From assembly GCF_009834535.1 (NCBI RefSeq), contig NC_045696.1, positions 868,001 to 932,000 on the forward strand: a stretch of DNA of 64,000 nucleotides, read 5' to 3'. Made by a program: the position numbers and the translations under genes. The DNA is from Camelus ferus (Eukaryota). The number at the start of each line of letters is the position of its first letter. The stretch's first letter is position 1. Under the pieces are notes generated by a model that made no database searches, was not told where the DNA came from, and was given only the letters and a program-made list of their open reading frames with translations. Shown here one piece after another: positions 38,610 through 50,963 of this stretch.

Positions 38610-41254
38610 GAGGCCAATGTTATCTTGATACCAAAACCAGATGAAGACATTATAAGAATAAAAACCTATGGGCCACCACCTCTCATGTAGCTAGACACTA
38701 AAATCCTTGAAACATTCTCAAATGAAATCCAGAAATATTTTAAAAGGATAAAACATCACACCCAAATGAGATTTATCCCAAGAATGCAAGGTTGGTGTAA
38801 CATTCATCATTCCCTGTAATTTTATTGACATATTAACAGAATAAAGAAGAAAAACCAGATGACCATCTCAACAGATGCAGGAAACATTTAACAAAATTTA
38901 GCACCCACTGATGATAAAAATTCTAAACAAACCAGGGACAGGAATTCTTTCAACCTACTTAATATCTATCTTCATACTTAAAGGTAAAATACTAAACGCT
39001 TTCCTCCTAAGACTAGCAACAAGGCAAGGTTGTCCTCTCACATCACTGCTATTCAACACTGTGCTGATACCCACAGCATGAATTAAACTCAAAAGTATCA
39101 CATCAAGTGAAAGAAGCCAGATAGAAAAAGAGTTTGTGGTGTATGATTACATTAATACAAAATACAAAGTCCTCTAAAATGACTGTGTTTTCTGGGACCC
39201 AAGGGGTGAGCAAGGAGTGGACCATAAAGGGACACAAGGAATCTCTTGGGGTGATGGGAATGCTCTGTCTCGTGACTGGACACAACTGTCTGAACTGGTC
39301 AAACTATACATTTTAAGTAGATGAAGTGCATTTTACATAAATCAGTCCTCAATGAATTTTATAAGAAAAAACTGATCAATATGTTTAAAAACAAAAGAGA
39401 TGAACAAATGGATGAAAAATGAAAAATTTCAACAGTCTTGGGCTCTACAGAAAAGTAATCAAATCAACATTCTACAATTGAAAATCATAACATCTGCCAT
39501 TAAGAACTTGTTGAATGTGTTTAAAAAAAAAAAAAAAGTAGCCAGAACAGAAGACACAATTAGAGGAACTCAGACAGGTCCAAGAAAAAATATCTAAACT
39601 TTTTGATATTTGTATCTAAAACTGAAGTTCAGAGAGAAAGAGTATAAAAAAAGAATGAAAACAGTGTAGAGCATAAGAGATGTATGTGACATGGTCAAAA
39701 GTCTCACATACGTGTAATCAGAAAGAAAATGGGAAAGAATAGGGTAACAGCAGCATGTGAATGAATAATGGCTGAGAATTTTCAAACCTTATTAAAGAGT
39801 CAGTGCATAATTCAAAAAGCCCCATGAACCCCAAGTAGGATAAACACAAAATATGCACATACACATGTACATGTACAGGCACAAAGAGAATCTTAAAATA
39901 TCAGGCAAAGAAAGCACATTTTTTTCTTTGAAACAACAAAAGGCTGACTTTTCAACAAGTACTATAAAAGCCTATTGCAAATGCTGACATATTTAAAATG
40001 CTTCAATAAAACAACTGTCAACCTAGAATTCTACACCCAGTGGAAATAGTTTTCAGAAACGAAGGGAAACTAAGCATGTTGTTCTCAGGCAAAACTCTAG
40101 AGAATCTGCCATCAACAGACCTGCACTATAAAAATACCTTTAGTTCTTCAGGCTGAAAGGAAATACTCCCAAATACAAGAACATCAGAAAAGGTAAATAT
40201 ATGAACAAATATTTTTAAATACTAACTGCTTAAAACAGAAAAAATGTTGGATTTATAACATACATAGAAACAGAAATGTATGACCATATCAGAGTAGTCT
40301 GTAATAAGTCATGATGTAATTGAAATCTTAACTTAAGATTTAACTTAACCATTAACTTTATAATATAAGAAGAATAAATAAGAATCTAGGAGATTAAAAC
40401 AATTAAATGAAAAATGCCTGATTAATCCAAATAAAGGCAGGAAAGGGGGAATAAAGGAACAAAGAACTGATAGAACAAAAATAAAACAAATATAAGATGG
40501 TAGAATTAAGCCCAATATTTCAAAAATCAAATTAAAAGTAAATAAACACTCCAACTAAAATGGAAAGATTGTCAGACAATTAAAATGATTACACCCACTT
40601 TAAAAGAAGCATAATTTAAAAGTAAGGATGCAGTCGGGTTCATAAAATAGAAAACGCTGTACCACACAAACACTAAGCAAAGGAAGCTGGGGTGACTTTA
40701 CCATCAGACGAAACTGACCTTAAGGGAAACATAGAAGCAGAGAAAAAGGACATTTCATAATGATAAAAGGGTCAATTCAACGAGAAGCCATAAGACCTTA
40801 AGCTGGTATGCAACTAATACTGTCTGTTTAAAATACACAAAGCAAAAACAGAACTAAAAAGGAGAAGAGATAAATCCACAATCATAGTTGAAGATTTTAT
40901 CATACCATGACACTAACATGTGTTAAATAAATTTGGCAAGGCCACTGGACAGAAGGTCAATATGCAAAACTCATCTGCATTTCTATATAGTAGCAACAAT
41001 GTCAACAAAAAATTCTCAGAAATAAATCCAACAAAACCTGTGCAAGACCTCTACACTAAAAACAAAACATCACTGAACGAAATTAAAGACAACATACATG
41101 GAGGAATAAACCATATCTTTAATTTAGAATACTACAAAAATGTCAATTCTCCAAACTGCTCTAGGGAACCAAAACACCCCAATCAAAATTCTAGCATATT
41201 TTTTGCATAAATTGGTATGCTTATCCTAAAGTGATAAAGATATGCAGAGGACTT

Positions 41255-41298
41255 AGAATAGTGCAGCCAGTCTAGAAGAATAGTGCAGCCAGTCTAGA
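41255..41298 (+). repeat. Perfect 22-bp tandem duplication agaatagtgcagccagtctaga x2
   Basis: Directly visible in sequence. Confidence 0.95.
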
Positions 41299-41439
41299 CA
41301 AACCCAGGTGGGGGGCCTCCGCGACCCGGCATCGGCCCCACGGTACAACTACGGTGACCAGCACAGCGGCACTAACTACCACACAGAGAAACGGGTCAAT
41401 GAAACAGAACAGAGTTTAGAAACAGATCACACACGTAAG

Positions 41440-42048
41440 TGTGCCAGTTATCTACTATTACCTCCCTGCCCCAAACCCACCCTTCTTTGCCCTGTTTCTG
41501 TGATGCTAGTGCGGGACCCTAAGAGCGTTTCTCCATGGCCAGCTGGCACAGGAATGGGACTGTCAGGAGAGGCCGCTGCAGGAGGAAGGGGTTTCTCTTT
41601 CAGGTTCTAGGGCTTTTTTTTTTTTTTTTTTTTTTTTTTTGCCTTGCTCTATGGCCTAAAGGCCAGTGGGCAGTTTCTCAGTGAGTAGAGCGGGCATCCC
41701 TGCAGAAGACTTCCTGTGAATCACTGGCTCCCCAGCAGCCAGCCCGAGCTTACGGCACCTCAGTGAATGTCTCCAGGGGGTCACAGTCATGCCTTCCCCA
41801 ACAATCCCTGAATCTTAGACTTGCTGGGGAGACATTTTTCTAAGTCTGTTCCATCTCTGGGTACTTTCCTTCAGCCCCAGAGGTAGTGGATGCTCCCTAC
41901 CTGTTATTCCCATATTCTTTACAGCAACCTTACTCTTCACCCTGTTTGATAGTTAATCCCTTTTACAAGTTAACAATTCTTTATATTGAATGTTCCCTAT
42001 TCAAAATCCTGGTGTAACTCCTGTCTCTTGACTAGACCCTGATCCACA
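41440..42048 (+). mobile_element. Solo ERVL LTR (LTR41/LTR33-like)
   Basis: TG...CA ends (tgtgccagttatc...cttgactagaccctgatccaca); interrupts L1 ORF2, which resumes afterwards; contains a long polyT run. Confidence 0.7.
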
Positions 42049-42326
42049 AGGCCACTTGATCTCTTGCAAAAGTACCACCTGAAATTTGGTGGGAAAAAAT
42101 AGTCTTTTCAATAAACGAGACTAGATTAACTGGTTATCCATATGGAAAATGTGAACCTGGATTCCCATTTCACACTAGACACAATTGGATTGGACATAAA
42201 CATTAAAGGAATATAATAAGTTTCTAGAGGAAAACGTGGAATAATGCCTTCATGGCCTTGGGGTAGACAAATGTTTCTTAAATCAGATGCAATAAGCACT
42301 ACTCATAAAAGAAAAGATTGATAATT

Positions 42327-42598
42327 AGAACTCCCTTGTGATTTGTTATTTAATCTATCAATTGAATTATTCATTCTCGAGTTGTTCTGCTTTTCATCTC
42401 AGTAAAAGAGAATGAAATTCTTAATTTTAAAAGATAACAATCCAGTTGAAATATGCTCATTTTTTTAAGCTTTATTTTAAAAACCAATCTGTGTTAGCTA
42501 TAGCTTCCTTGAGTGGAATCAGAAGAAATTTGCATCAAAATCTAGAGCCATTATCATGTCTGACATTGTTAAGATATGTACTTACTAATAATGAAAAA
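42327..42598 (+). other. Retroposed non-L1 fragment with A tail and 15-bp TSD
   Basis: aaaagattgataatt at 42312-42326 and 42599-42613; the insert ends aataatgaaaaa. Confidence 0.75.
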
Positions 42599-42873
42599 AA
42601 AAGATTGATAATTGATTAGTAAGATATTATTACTTCATTAATTTATCAAAAGATACCATTAAGAGTGAAAAGACAGGCTATCCACTGGGGGAAGATGTTT
42701 GCAATGTATATATTAAACAAAGAATTAGTCTCCAAGATGTACAAAAACTACTATAATAAAAAAAGAGAGAGAGAGAACAAACCAAAAATGAGCAAGAGAC
42801 TTGAGCAGGCACTTCACAAAAGACGATCTCCAAATGAATAATAACATATAAAGAAGTGCTCAACCTTATCAGC

Positions 42874-43620
42874 TGTGACATTGTGATTTACAACAAGAAA
42901 TATATATTTGGTCTTCATCCCTGTTCCTGGCACAGAGCTTCTAAAACCCTTGGAATTTCCGGAAGTAATAAGAGGGATAAAGGTATTTTTTGCTACACAA
43001 ATGAAATAACTTTTGGAAAGCTCCTTGGTGGCCAGGGGAGCCAACCACATGACTCTCATCTCTCTAAGGCTAGACCTTCCGGGCAGGGGAGGGGGACTGG
43101 AGATTAGCTGAGTCACCAGTGGCCAGCCATTTCACCCATTCTGCCTAGGAAATGCAGCCTCCACAAAAAAACCCCAAAACGACAGGCTTTGGGCTTTGGA
43201 GAGCTTCTGGGTTGGTGAGCATGTGAAGCTGAGGGAAAAGGGTGCACCCAGAGAGCATGGAAGCTTCCAGCCGCTTCCCACACACTCTGCCTTACAAATC
43301 TCCGCCTGGCTGTTCATCTGTATCCTTTATAATAAACTGGTAAACGTAAGTTAACGTTTCTCTTAGTTCTATGAGTTACTCTAGCAAATCAATCAAACCC
43401 AACAAGGGGGATCATGGGAACCTCCAGTTTACAGCCAGTCGGTCAGAAGCAAAGGTAACAACCTGGATTTGTGACGGGCATCTGAAGGGGGACCAGGGAT
43501 GGTCTGGTGCTGTGGAATCTGACGCCATCTTCCAGGTACATGGTGTCATAAGTGAGTTGAGTTGCAGGACACACAGCTGGTGTTGGAGAATTGCTTGGTG
43601 GTATGGAAAAAAATACACGT
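42874..43620 (+). mobile_element. MER21-type LTR
   Basis: tgtgacattgtgattta...cctggcacagagcttctaaaacccttggaatttcc...ttataataaactggtaaacgtaag; the flanking L1 rejoins across it. Confidence 0.8.
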
Positions 43621-43911
43621 TACCAGTGATCAGGAAGATGCAGATTAAGACCACAATGAGATACCACCACACAGCTCCAGAAAGGTGAACATGAAGAAGA
43701 TGGGAACCAGCAAGTGTTGCTGAGGGTGTACAGCAACTGAATTCCCAGGCTTTGTTGGTTAGATTGCAAACTGGCTCAACCATTTTGAAAAACTGTCTGG
43801 CAATTATCTACTAAAACTAAAAAGACACCAAGCCTATGATACAACAGTTCCACTTCTGGGTATACATGCAAGAAAAATGTGTGTATATGTCTGCAAAAGA
43901 AACTTACAAGA

Positions 43912-44020
43912 GGAGGGAGGGTAACAGCTCAGTGGTAGAGCATGTGCTCAGCAAGCATGAGGTCCTGGGTTCAATCCCCAGTACCTTCCAAAAAAAAAAA
44001 ACAAAAAAAAAAAAAAACAG
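43912..44020 (+). mobile_element. tRNA-derived SINE (Vic-1-like)
   Basis: cagctcagtggtagagc...ggtcctgggttcaatccccagtacc plus polyA; imperfect TSD aaagaaac..acaaga. Confidence 0.92.
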
Positions 44021-47000
44021 AAAGAAACCTACTACAAGAATAGTCAGAAAAGCTTTATTCTCAATAGCCCACAACTGGAAATATCCAAATGCCCATCAGC
44101 ACCAGAACAGTTGAACAAAGAACCAATTTGTGGTATTTATGTACATTAGAATACCAGAGCCATAAAAAAAAAAACTTCTCTAAACATCTTTTTGAATTCC
44201 TGCTCTGGTACAAACCTTTTGAGACATCTGTGCAGATTTCATTGTTTTTACTTTTTCCTCTTATCAGACTAAACACTTTAAAAATCACAGAGATTGCCTA
44301 CTTAACAGTCTCTTACTGGTAGGACAGAGACAGAATACGTGGCCACGACTCTTTTTTTTAATCACATGTGTCTCTTCATCTCCACAAAGTACAGAGGCAT
44401 TTCCTCCACGCTGTGGCAGCAGAAGTGGCAGAGGGTGGACGACACGCAGGCTCTCAGACAGCCAGGGGCCCATGTCACCTGGGCGCCTTCCCTGCACACG
44501 GCTCACAGGTAGCTCCCTGTGGTCTCACCAGCTAACTCCCAGGAGGTGTGGAAGACACTTTTTTCTATTTTACTAATTAGAAAACAGAAGTCTAGGCGAT
44601 AAAGCTTTAACGGCTATTGCTCCTGCACGTCTACTGCGTGCCAGCCCTCATTCCACAGCCTCCAGTGGAGCTGAAACGCCCGTCCTCTCCAGAGCCGTCC
44701 TCATCCTTCCAAAGGGCCTGCCTCCCCGAAGCCCCACACCCTCCTCTGATGGCACGCAGCTGACACTTCGTGGAACTGAGGACACGCCTTGTGCCTCACG
44801 CTCCCACCCCCAGGTGGATTACGTGCTCCTTGGACCACATGGAAACACGTCACCCGTATTTACAGCCTCAGCAGCCACCAGGACAGGGCTTTTTGGTAAA
44901 TAATGTGTTGAGCTGAACTGCTAGCGTCACATCTCAAAGCCCCCACCTAGGAAGGCCTTCTGAAAGAGAAGGAGTTTGGAGCTCATTTGATGAAAGCCAG
45001 GGCCCCCATATGCCACAGGAAAAGAGGAACCTTGGTGAGGACCCTGGTTTGCTGCAGTGATAGGATTAATTCCAGCGGAGCCCTGGGCCAGCAGTGTGGG
45101 AGCCAGAAGGCTGATGAGCTCATGGCTGAAGCACTGGCAAGCAAGCCGGCTCTTGGCCCAGCCCCAAAAGAATGTGATGTGAACATTACCCACCATTAAG
45201 CTGACTCAGAGAACAAATGACTAAGTTTCCGATCATCAGGATTTGGGCTTGGCCAGTCTTCATCCTGATGCCACCTGAGTTTAATGTCTCGTGAGGGATG
45301 ATTCCAGCCCAACTCAAAGGAAATGTCTCCGATACGGCGTGTGTGCTCTCAGCCAGTCTGGCCTCACGGCAGGGGCGGAGCGACAAGCGTCTTACTGCCT
45401 TTCTAATGCTCTGGCAGCCATTCAGAATCCTCTGTGAACCATCTCCTCCAAGATCCGGCCATAAAACAGGTGATTCTGTTTATAGGCGCTGTGCTATTTA
45501 AAGACCAGCTAGCTCAGTTGTCGTCAAGTGTCACAGACCTGCGCTGAACGTAGCAACTCAGACACGGCCACAAATGGAGGAAAATCTTCACACATCAAGG
45601 AAAAGAAAGATGGTAGAGGGACCTGAAATGGGCACAGTCACCTAATCCCTGCCTCTGACGCACCACAAACTAAGTCCCCAGGCAGGAGTGGCCAAGGCGC
45701 TTCCAAGTCACCCAAAGACTGACCATTCCATGTGGTTTTCATTCGGGAGACTGTGCCTCTGTGTGTGTGTGTGTGTGCGTGCACACTGGTGAGGAGGGCG
45801 GGTGGACAGGAGGCTGAAACTCTGGAGAGTGACTTAACGAGCAAGAGGTGATGATGGTGTTCAGAAAGTAAGGCGAAGTTCAAGACGCCCTCCCTCCACT
45901 CGAGCAGAGATCTCAACCACACACCCCTCTTCCTGTTGGGCACAAACACCAACCTTAGTGACACCCAGTTTCTGGGAAGAGACAGGCATTAAGAGAGTTC
46001 ACAGGCGCATGCAGCTTGTCATGTCGGGGATAAGAAGCCGGTTTCCAACTCCATTTCTCCCAGCACAGATCTGGGGACAGGACCCGCTCATGACCGCACC
46101 AGTGTTTACCCTGCAGGCACTTCTACTCTGAGACAGGAGATCTAAACCAGGTAAGATTTCTCAGGAACCTGGGATTACTAATATTCTAGGTCAACGATGC
46201 CCCAAGGCCCTGCAAAATCCTGTCTTTTTAGAACAATTCAATCATGTTTAACATATTCTAGGTAATAAATCAGAAATTGAATCTTAGGGTTTAAAATGTT
46301 TTCCTGATGGTCTGGGAGCTGAAAGGGAAATGAAGTGAAGCAGAAATCCCTACTCTCCAACTCCCTTTAGAAGAAGCTTGACTGTTCTTTCCATAAAAAG
46401 CACTGGTCCCAGCCCAGAGTTACCACCCAGGGAGAGGTGCCAAGGCAGAGCTGGGTGAGCACAGGGCACCCCTCTACAGCCCAGGCTCATGGGCCCATGT
46501 CCAGGCTTCCCCCACCAACGAGGATGACCACCTGGGGCTGAGAGGCCTGCCTCTTACTGTTCCTCCACTGGCCCCCGCCCACCAGTTCTGCTCCCCGACA
46601 CCAGGCAGTGAAACAGGCACTTCCATCCAGGGGATCTAACCCGCCAGACCACTCTGGGACAGCCCGAGGGTCACTGCCCCTCCTCAGCCACCACCTCCCT
46701 CCAGCACAGAGCCCTTCCGCAGAGCTGCTGCTGCTGCAGCGAGACACATTCCCATCTCCTCCACCTTCTATCTTCTAAGGCAGCGTTTCAGTTGAGAGCT
46801 TGTCCTAACAACCCTCTCTCCCTCGTAAATTACTGGAGAAGAAAAACCCTTAGCAGAGAAGGAAAAACATCTGTAAGACCTTTGGTCTCCCTCTAGCACA
46901 GAGGTCTACACCCCACTAATGACGCTGGTGCTCAGAAATGCTGTGGAGTAACTGGATGACCTGGGTTAGTTAGATTCTCCATTTCACAGCGGAACCGCCT

Positions 47001-47375
47001 GTTGGGCTTTTGTCTTTTTTTTTTTTTTTTAAGAGAAGTGTGTCTTTATTTCCTTATCGCACAAATAAAGCTGGCTAGGTTGGTTGCTTTGGTAGGGCTT
47101 TTGTCTTGAAATTCAAATTCTGATGTCAATTTCTAAAAATCATTTATAATATTAAAGTTGAACTGAATCTCCCAGTTTCTATCCAATGTCAGTCTTGCAG
47201 TTGAACCTGCTTTCCTATTAGCATTCACCTAAAAACAAAGAAAAAAGACAACCGAAGAGCGCAGTCTGCTCTCTGACTCAGTGTGGGTGACTCACAGCGT
47301 CTCGGAGGTTCACTAAGGTTCTTCACCAAAACCACCCGCGTTTCCACTCAAGCACCACAGTGTATTTCACTGGGT

Positions 47376-48830
47376 CAGTGGCTCTCAAACTTTCTGGACC
47401 CCTTTCTTGCCTCAAATTATTTTTGAAGTGGATTCTATTTATTGAAATTTACTTGCAATTAACACAGAGAGATTTCAAAATTAGTCATTCATTTACAATG
47501 AATAATAAACCCATTACATAGTTACAAAAATAACACTTTTTAATAAAAAAATAACCATATTTTCCAAACAAAAATAAATTAGTAAGAATTTCTGGAACTC
47601 TTTAATATCAGGATTAATAGAAGACAGCTAGATTGTCATACTTGCTTCTGCATTCAGTCTGTTGTGAAACATTGTTTAGATTAAAGTACATGAAAAAAAC
47701 CCATCTTCACACAGACATGTGGCTGGAAACAGGAGTATTTCATAGGTTTGTCAGATCATCATGGATATTATTTGATAAGACATCAAAATTTGACAGGTGG
47801 TTGTTTCTTAAAGGTTATCTGCAACATGGTATCTGAAGCTCCATCAATAAACTTATTTGCATTAAAACCCATCATCAGGCGGAAGTGCCGCTCAGGGGCG
47901 GAGCGCGTGCTTAGTGTGCCCGAGGTCCTGGGTTCAGTCTCCAGTGCTTCCATTAAAAATAAACAAAAGTTTTTTAAAAAAACAACAAAAAACCCATTAA
48001 CTCTCCATCTTGCACCGTAAGCAGATATCTCACCCACACGAGATCATCGTACGATGTACACTAGTCGTCTGGGGAAGCACGGGCCCACTGAGTTACACGG
48101 GTCATCCAAATGCTAACACATTTCAAAATGTAATGTCAAGAATCACGTTTGTTATTATCCCAGCTGAGTTCATCAGAAACATCTTTAAGTTCTGGGATGC
48201 TGTCAAGTTCACCATGGCAGACACAAGGTTTCAAAATACTAATTATTGACCAAAAACAAGTTTTGTCAGTTGCAGCAAATACCAGCAGTTATTTCCTTTG
48301 AAGTAACAGGCTCACTCAGTTCCATGTTCAGACACTGCCAAAAATGCAAGTCTGAATAACCACGGTTCGTCTGTCAGTTCCTCTTTACAGGAAAAACAGG
48401 CCCCTGTGAGAAGCGGAGCAGTGCAGCCCCCGATCCCAAAAAGGCACAAATGCTTTTCCTCGAAACAATCGTGATGCCATCTGCAGACGTGCACTACGCA
48501 CACCTCCACGTCTGTCTCTCCAACTATTAAAAAGACATGCACTCAAGGGCCGAGATTTAATCAAATTCATAATTCTGATGGCTTCATCAAGGACATTTTT
48601 AAAGGATGTTGGCTTTTTGGGGACAAGCAGCGGGTGGTGAAGGGCACTCCCACCATGAGTCTGGGCTGTGCCGATGTCAGGCCCCAGCAGGTTTGCCCAC
48701 CGGCGCTTTTGTGCCGTCGGCTCAGACGTCAACACAGTGAGACAGGAAATCACACCCAGATACCACTGTGAAAACAGTTCTGACCCCCTGAAAGGGTACC
48801 AAAGAGCCCCAGGGGTCCACAGACCACAGG
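47376..48830 (-). mobile_element. Charlie1(a)-type hAT DNA transposon remnant
   Basis: Terminus cagtggctctcaaact; minus-strand transposase peptides FKNVLDEAIRIMNLIKSRPLSACLF and LTDEPWLFRLAFLA. Confidence 0.85.
47877..47988 (+). mobile_element. tRNA-derived SINE (Vic-1-like) inserted in Charlie1, with mutated A box
   Basis: gaggtcctgggttcagtctccag plus A tail; aaaacccat flanks both sides. Confidence 0.88.
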
Positions 48831-50683
48831 GTTCACTGTCCTTCCGGGGGTGTCAGAGGGCCAGCGAGGGGGTCGGAGTCTCAGGTCTGCCTTTGCTGGC
48901 GAAGCAACACGCCAGTGGCGCCCTGAGCCCGAGCCAGGCCATCGCCGAGCCCGGCGACTGGTCACCAGGGCCCTTGCCCTCAGGGGAGTTTAACCCACTG
49001 TTCAGTAGGCACTGGTGATTCCCTTTCCACTCAATACTCCAGTCTGGTCTGTGCCTGATGCGCGCTGCAAATAACAGTGTTGGGGCCTTGCCTGTGGGTC
49101 CCCTTGGTGGAGCCCAGCTGAGCCTGGGCCTATCTGTAGGGTTTCACCCACCTGAACAAGAGCTGACAGCGGGCAGACAGCCCTGCCAGGGACTGCGACC
49201 TCAGCGGAGACGAAGCACAGAGACTCTGACACAGCACGTTGCATGCTCACTGAACTGACCCCACACCTCCTGCTCTAGGCATGCACTTCTGGGTGTGAAG
49301 GAAGGCAGACCTGACAGCCAGGCTATCCTCAGCAAGTCCAGCAGAGCACAGGGCCTCCCCGCCACCACCTTCTGTTCTCTGGATGGGAGAGGCTCTTGGG
49401 CTGCAGAGTGCTGGGCTGTGGGGACACCCCCCACCCCGCCTCCAGGGCTTGCCTCTAGGGCCAGGAAAAGTTGTGCCAGAGGATGCAGATGCCCAGAGCA
49501 AGAGCAAGAGAAAGAGAAATGACAGGCACCATGCGGGGTGTATCCAAGAGCACGAAGCCCCTTGGAGCCAGTGTGTTGGGACAGGGGTGCTGTGTCCCCA
49601 GGAGCTGGAGCCCAGCTTCCGGAGCTGCAGAAAGCAGGGAATTGAGGTGGCAGAAACCAGGGTCACAGTCCCTTGTGGGGACCAGCAGTCCACCTGTCAT
49701 CTGAGTAGTAAAATAACTACTACACCTCTGTCAGTATCCACCTCTATGCTAAGCACATGGGCAATACATGAATTTGAAAAAACCATTAAATGGAAACTTC
49801 CAGCTTCCTACGTGGACCTAGAGCAGTACCGCTACCTCAAGATTAACAGTTCTCAGTAAGCAAAACAATCTACTTCATTACTGTCTGTTTAATTAATGAG
49901 GTAACTAATCAAGTCTCGGAAATTGAGCAACAGTTTAATCATAAAGGGTTATGGAAGACCTCAGTAAGAAATATGGTTCTATTACAAAATCTCATCTGCT
50001 TAAAACTCCATGAAAACTCAAACCTTCAGTCTGGGACACTAAGTATTACTCCGATTACTAACTGTGTCGCACAACAGATAACTGTAAACTGCACTTGGAA
50101 TGAAGCGTCACAACTCTGGTCTGTTCCTTATTTGCTTAAGGACAATTATGAATAGAGCTCAGGACACTCTAGAAAAGCACCCAACTCAGTGAAAGTCAGA
50201 GGGACATGCTCGCTGGCCCTCCTCACGCTGCGATGCTCTAAGCTTCATTGGTTGGCTTGGGTGCATTACAGTAGGAACACTTGGACTTAGAGGAAGAACC
50301 TAGTGTGCCAGTAAATTATTTATCCCCCAAAGCACTTCAGGATGAAATAATGCCTTTGCCACCCAGAGAGCTTTACTAAGGAACATGTTTGCATGCCAAC
50401 CATCTCATTTCACTTCCACAAGAGAATTCCCCACGAGAATACAGGCCAGGTACCCATATCCCCCTGTCTTCAAAGCAGAAGCCGACTCAGAGCAAGGGGA
50501 GGGCCCCAGGCTTCAGCTACCACAGGCCGAAGAGGAGTGTCCGTGGGTTCTACATCACTGCAACATGGGTTCATAGTGGCTTTCTTCACTGAGTTTATCT
50601 CATTTATACCCCGATTTAGTCCCCAAAACTGAAGCGTCTAATTTTTCTTCTTATAGAAAATCAGAAAACGCTTTTTTAAAAGT

Positions 50684-50810
50684 GGGGGAGGGTATAGCTC
50701 AGTGGTAGAGCATGTGCTGAGCAGGCACAAGGTCCTGGGTTCAATCCCCAGCACCTCCAGTAAACAAACAAACATACATACCTAATTTCCTCCCCCCAAA
50801 AATAAACAGG
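50684..50810 (+). mobile_element. tRNA-derived SINE (Vic-1-like, longer form)
   Basis: ggggagggtatagctcagtggtagagc...ggttcaatccccagcacctcc...cctaatttcctcccccc. Confidence 0.93.

Positions 50811-50963
<153 letters not shown>

Larger units (their letters stand above)
37320..44170 (+). mobile_element. Cluster of successive old L1 fragments (5' region, ORF1, ORF2, 3' ends) hosting nested LTRs, a SINE and other inserts
   Basis: ORF2 text ggttctttgaaaagataaacaaaa and gggtcaattcaacgagaag; ORF 40920..41210 NKFGKATGQKVNMQNS; L1 sequence resumes after each insert. Confidence 0.85.

Noticed and set aside
7015..41298. Short direct repeats (12, 20, 22 and 28 bp) as a possible CRISPR array
   Set aside because: Adjacent two- to three-copy tandem duplications with no spacers and no cas genes, in a mammalian context.
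41562..41580. CTCF motif in the LTR41-like element
   Set aside because: gtcaggagaggccgctg has three mismatches to the core consensus.
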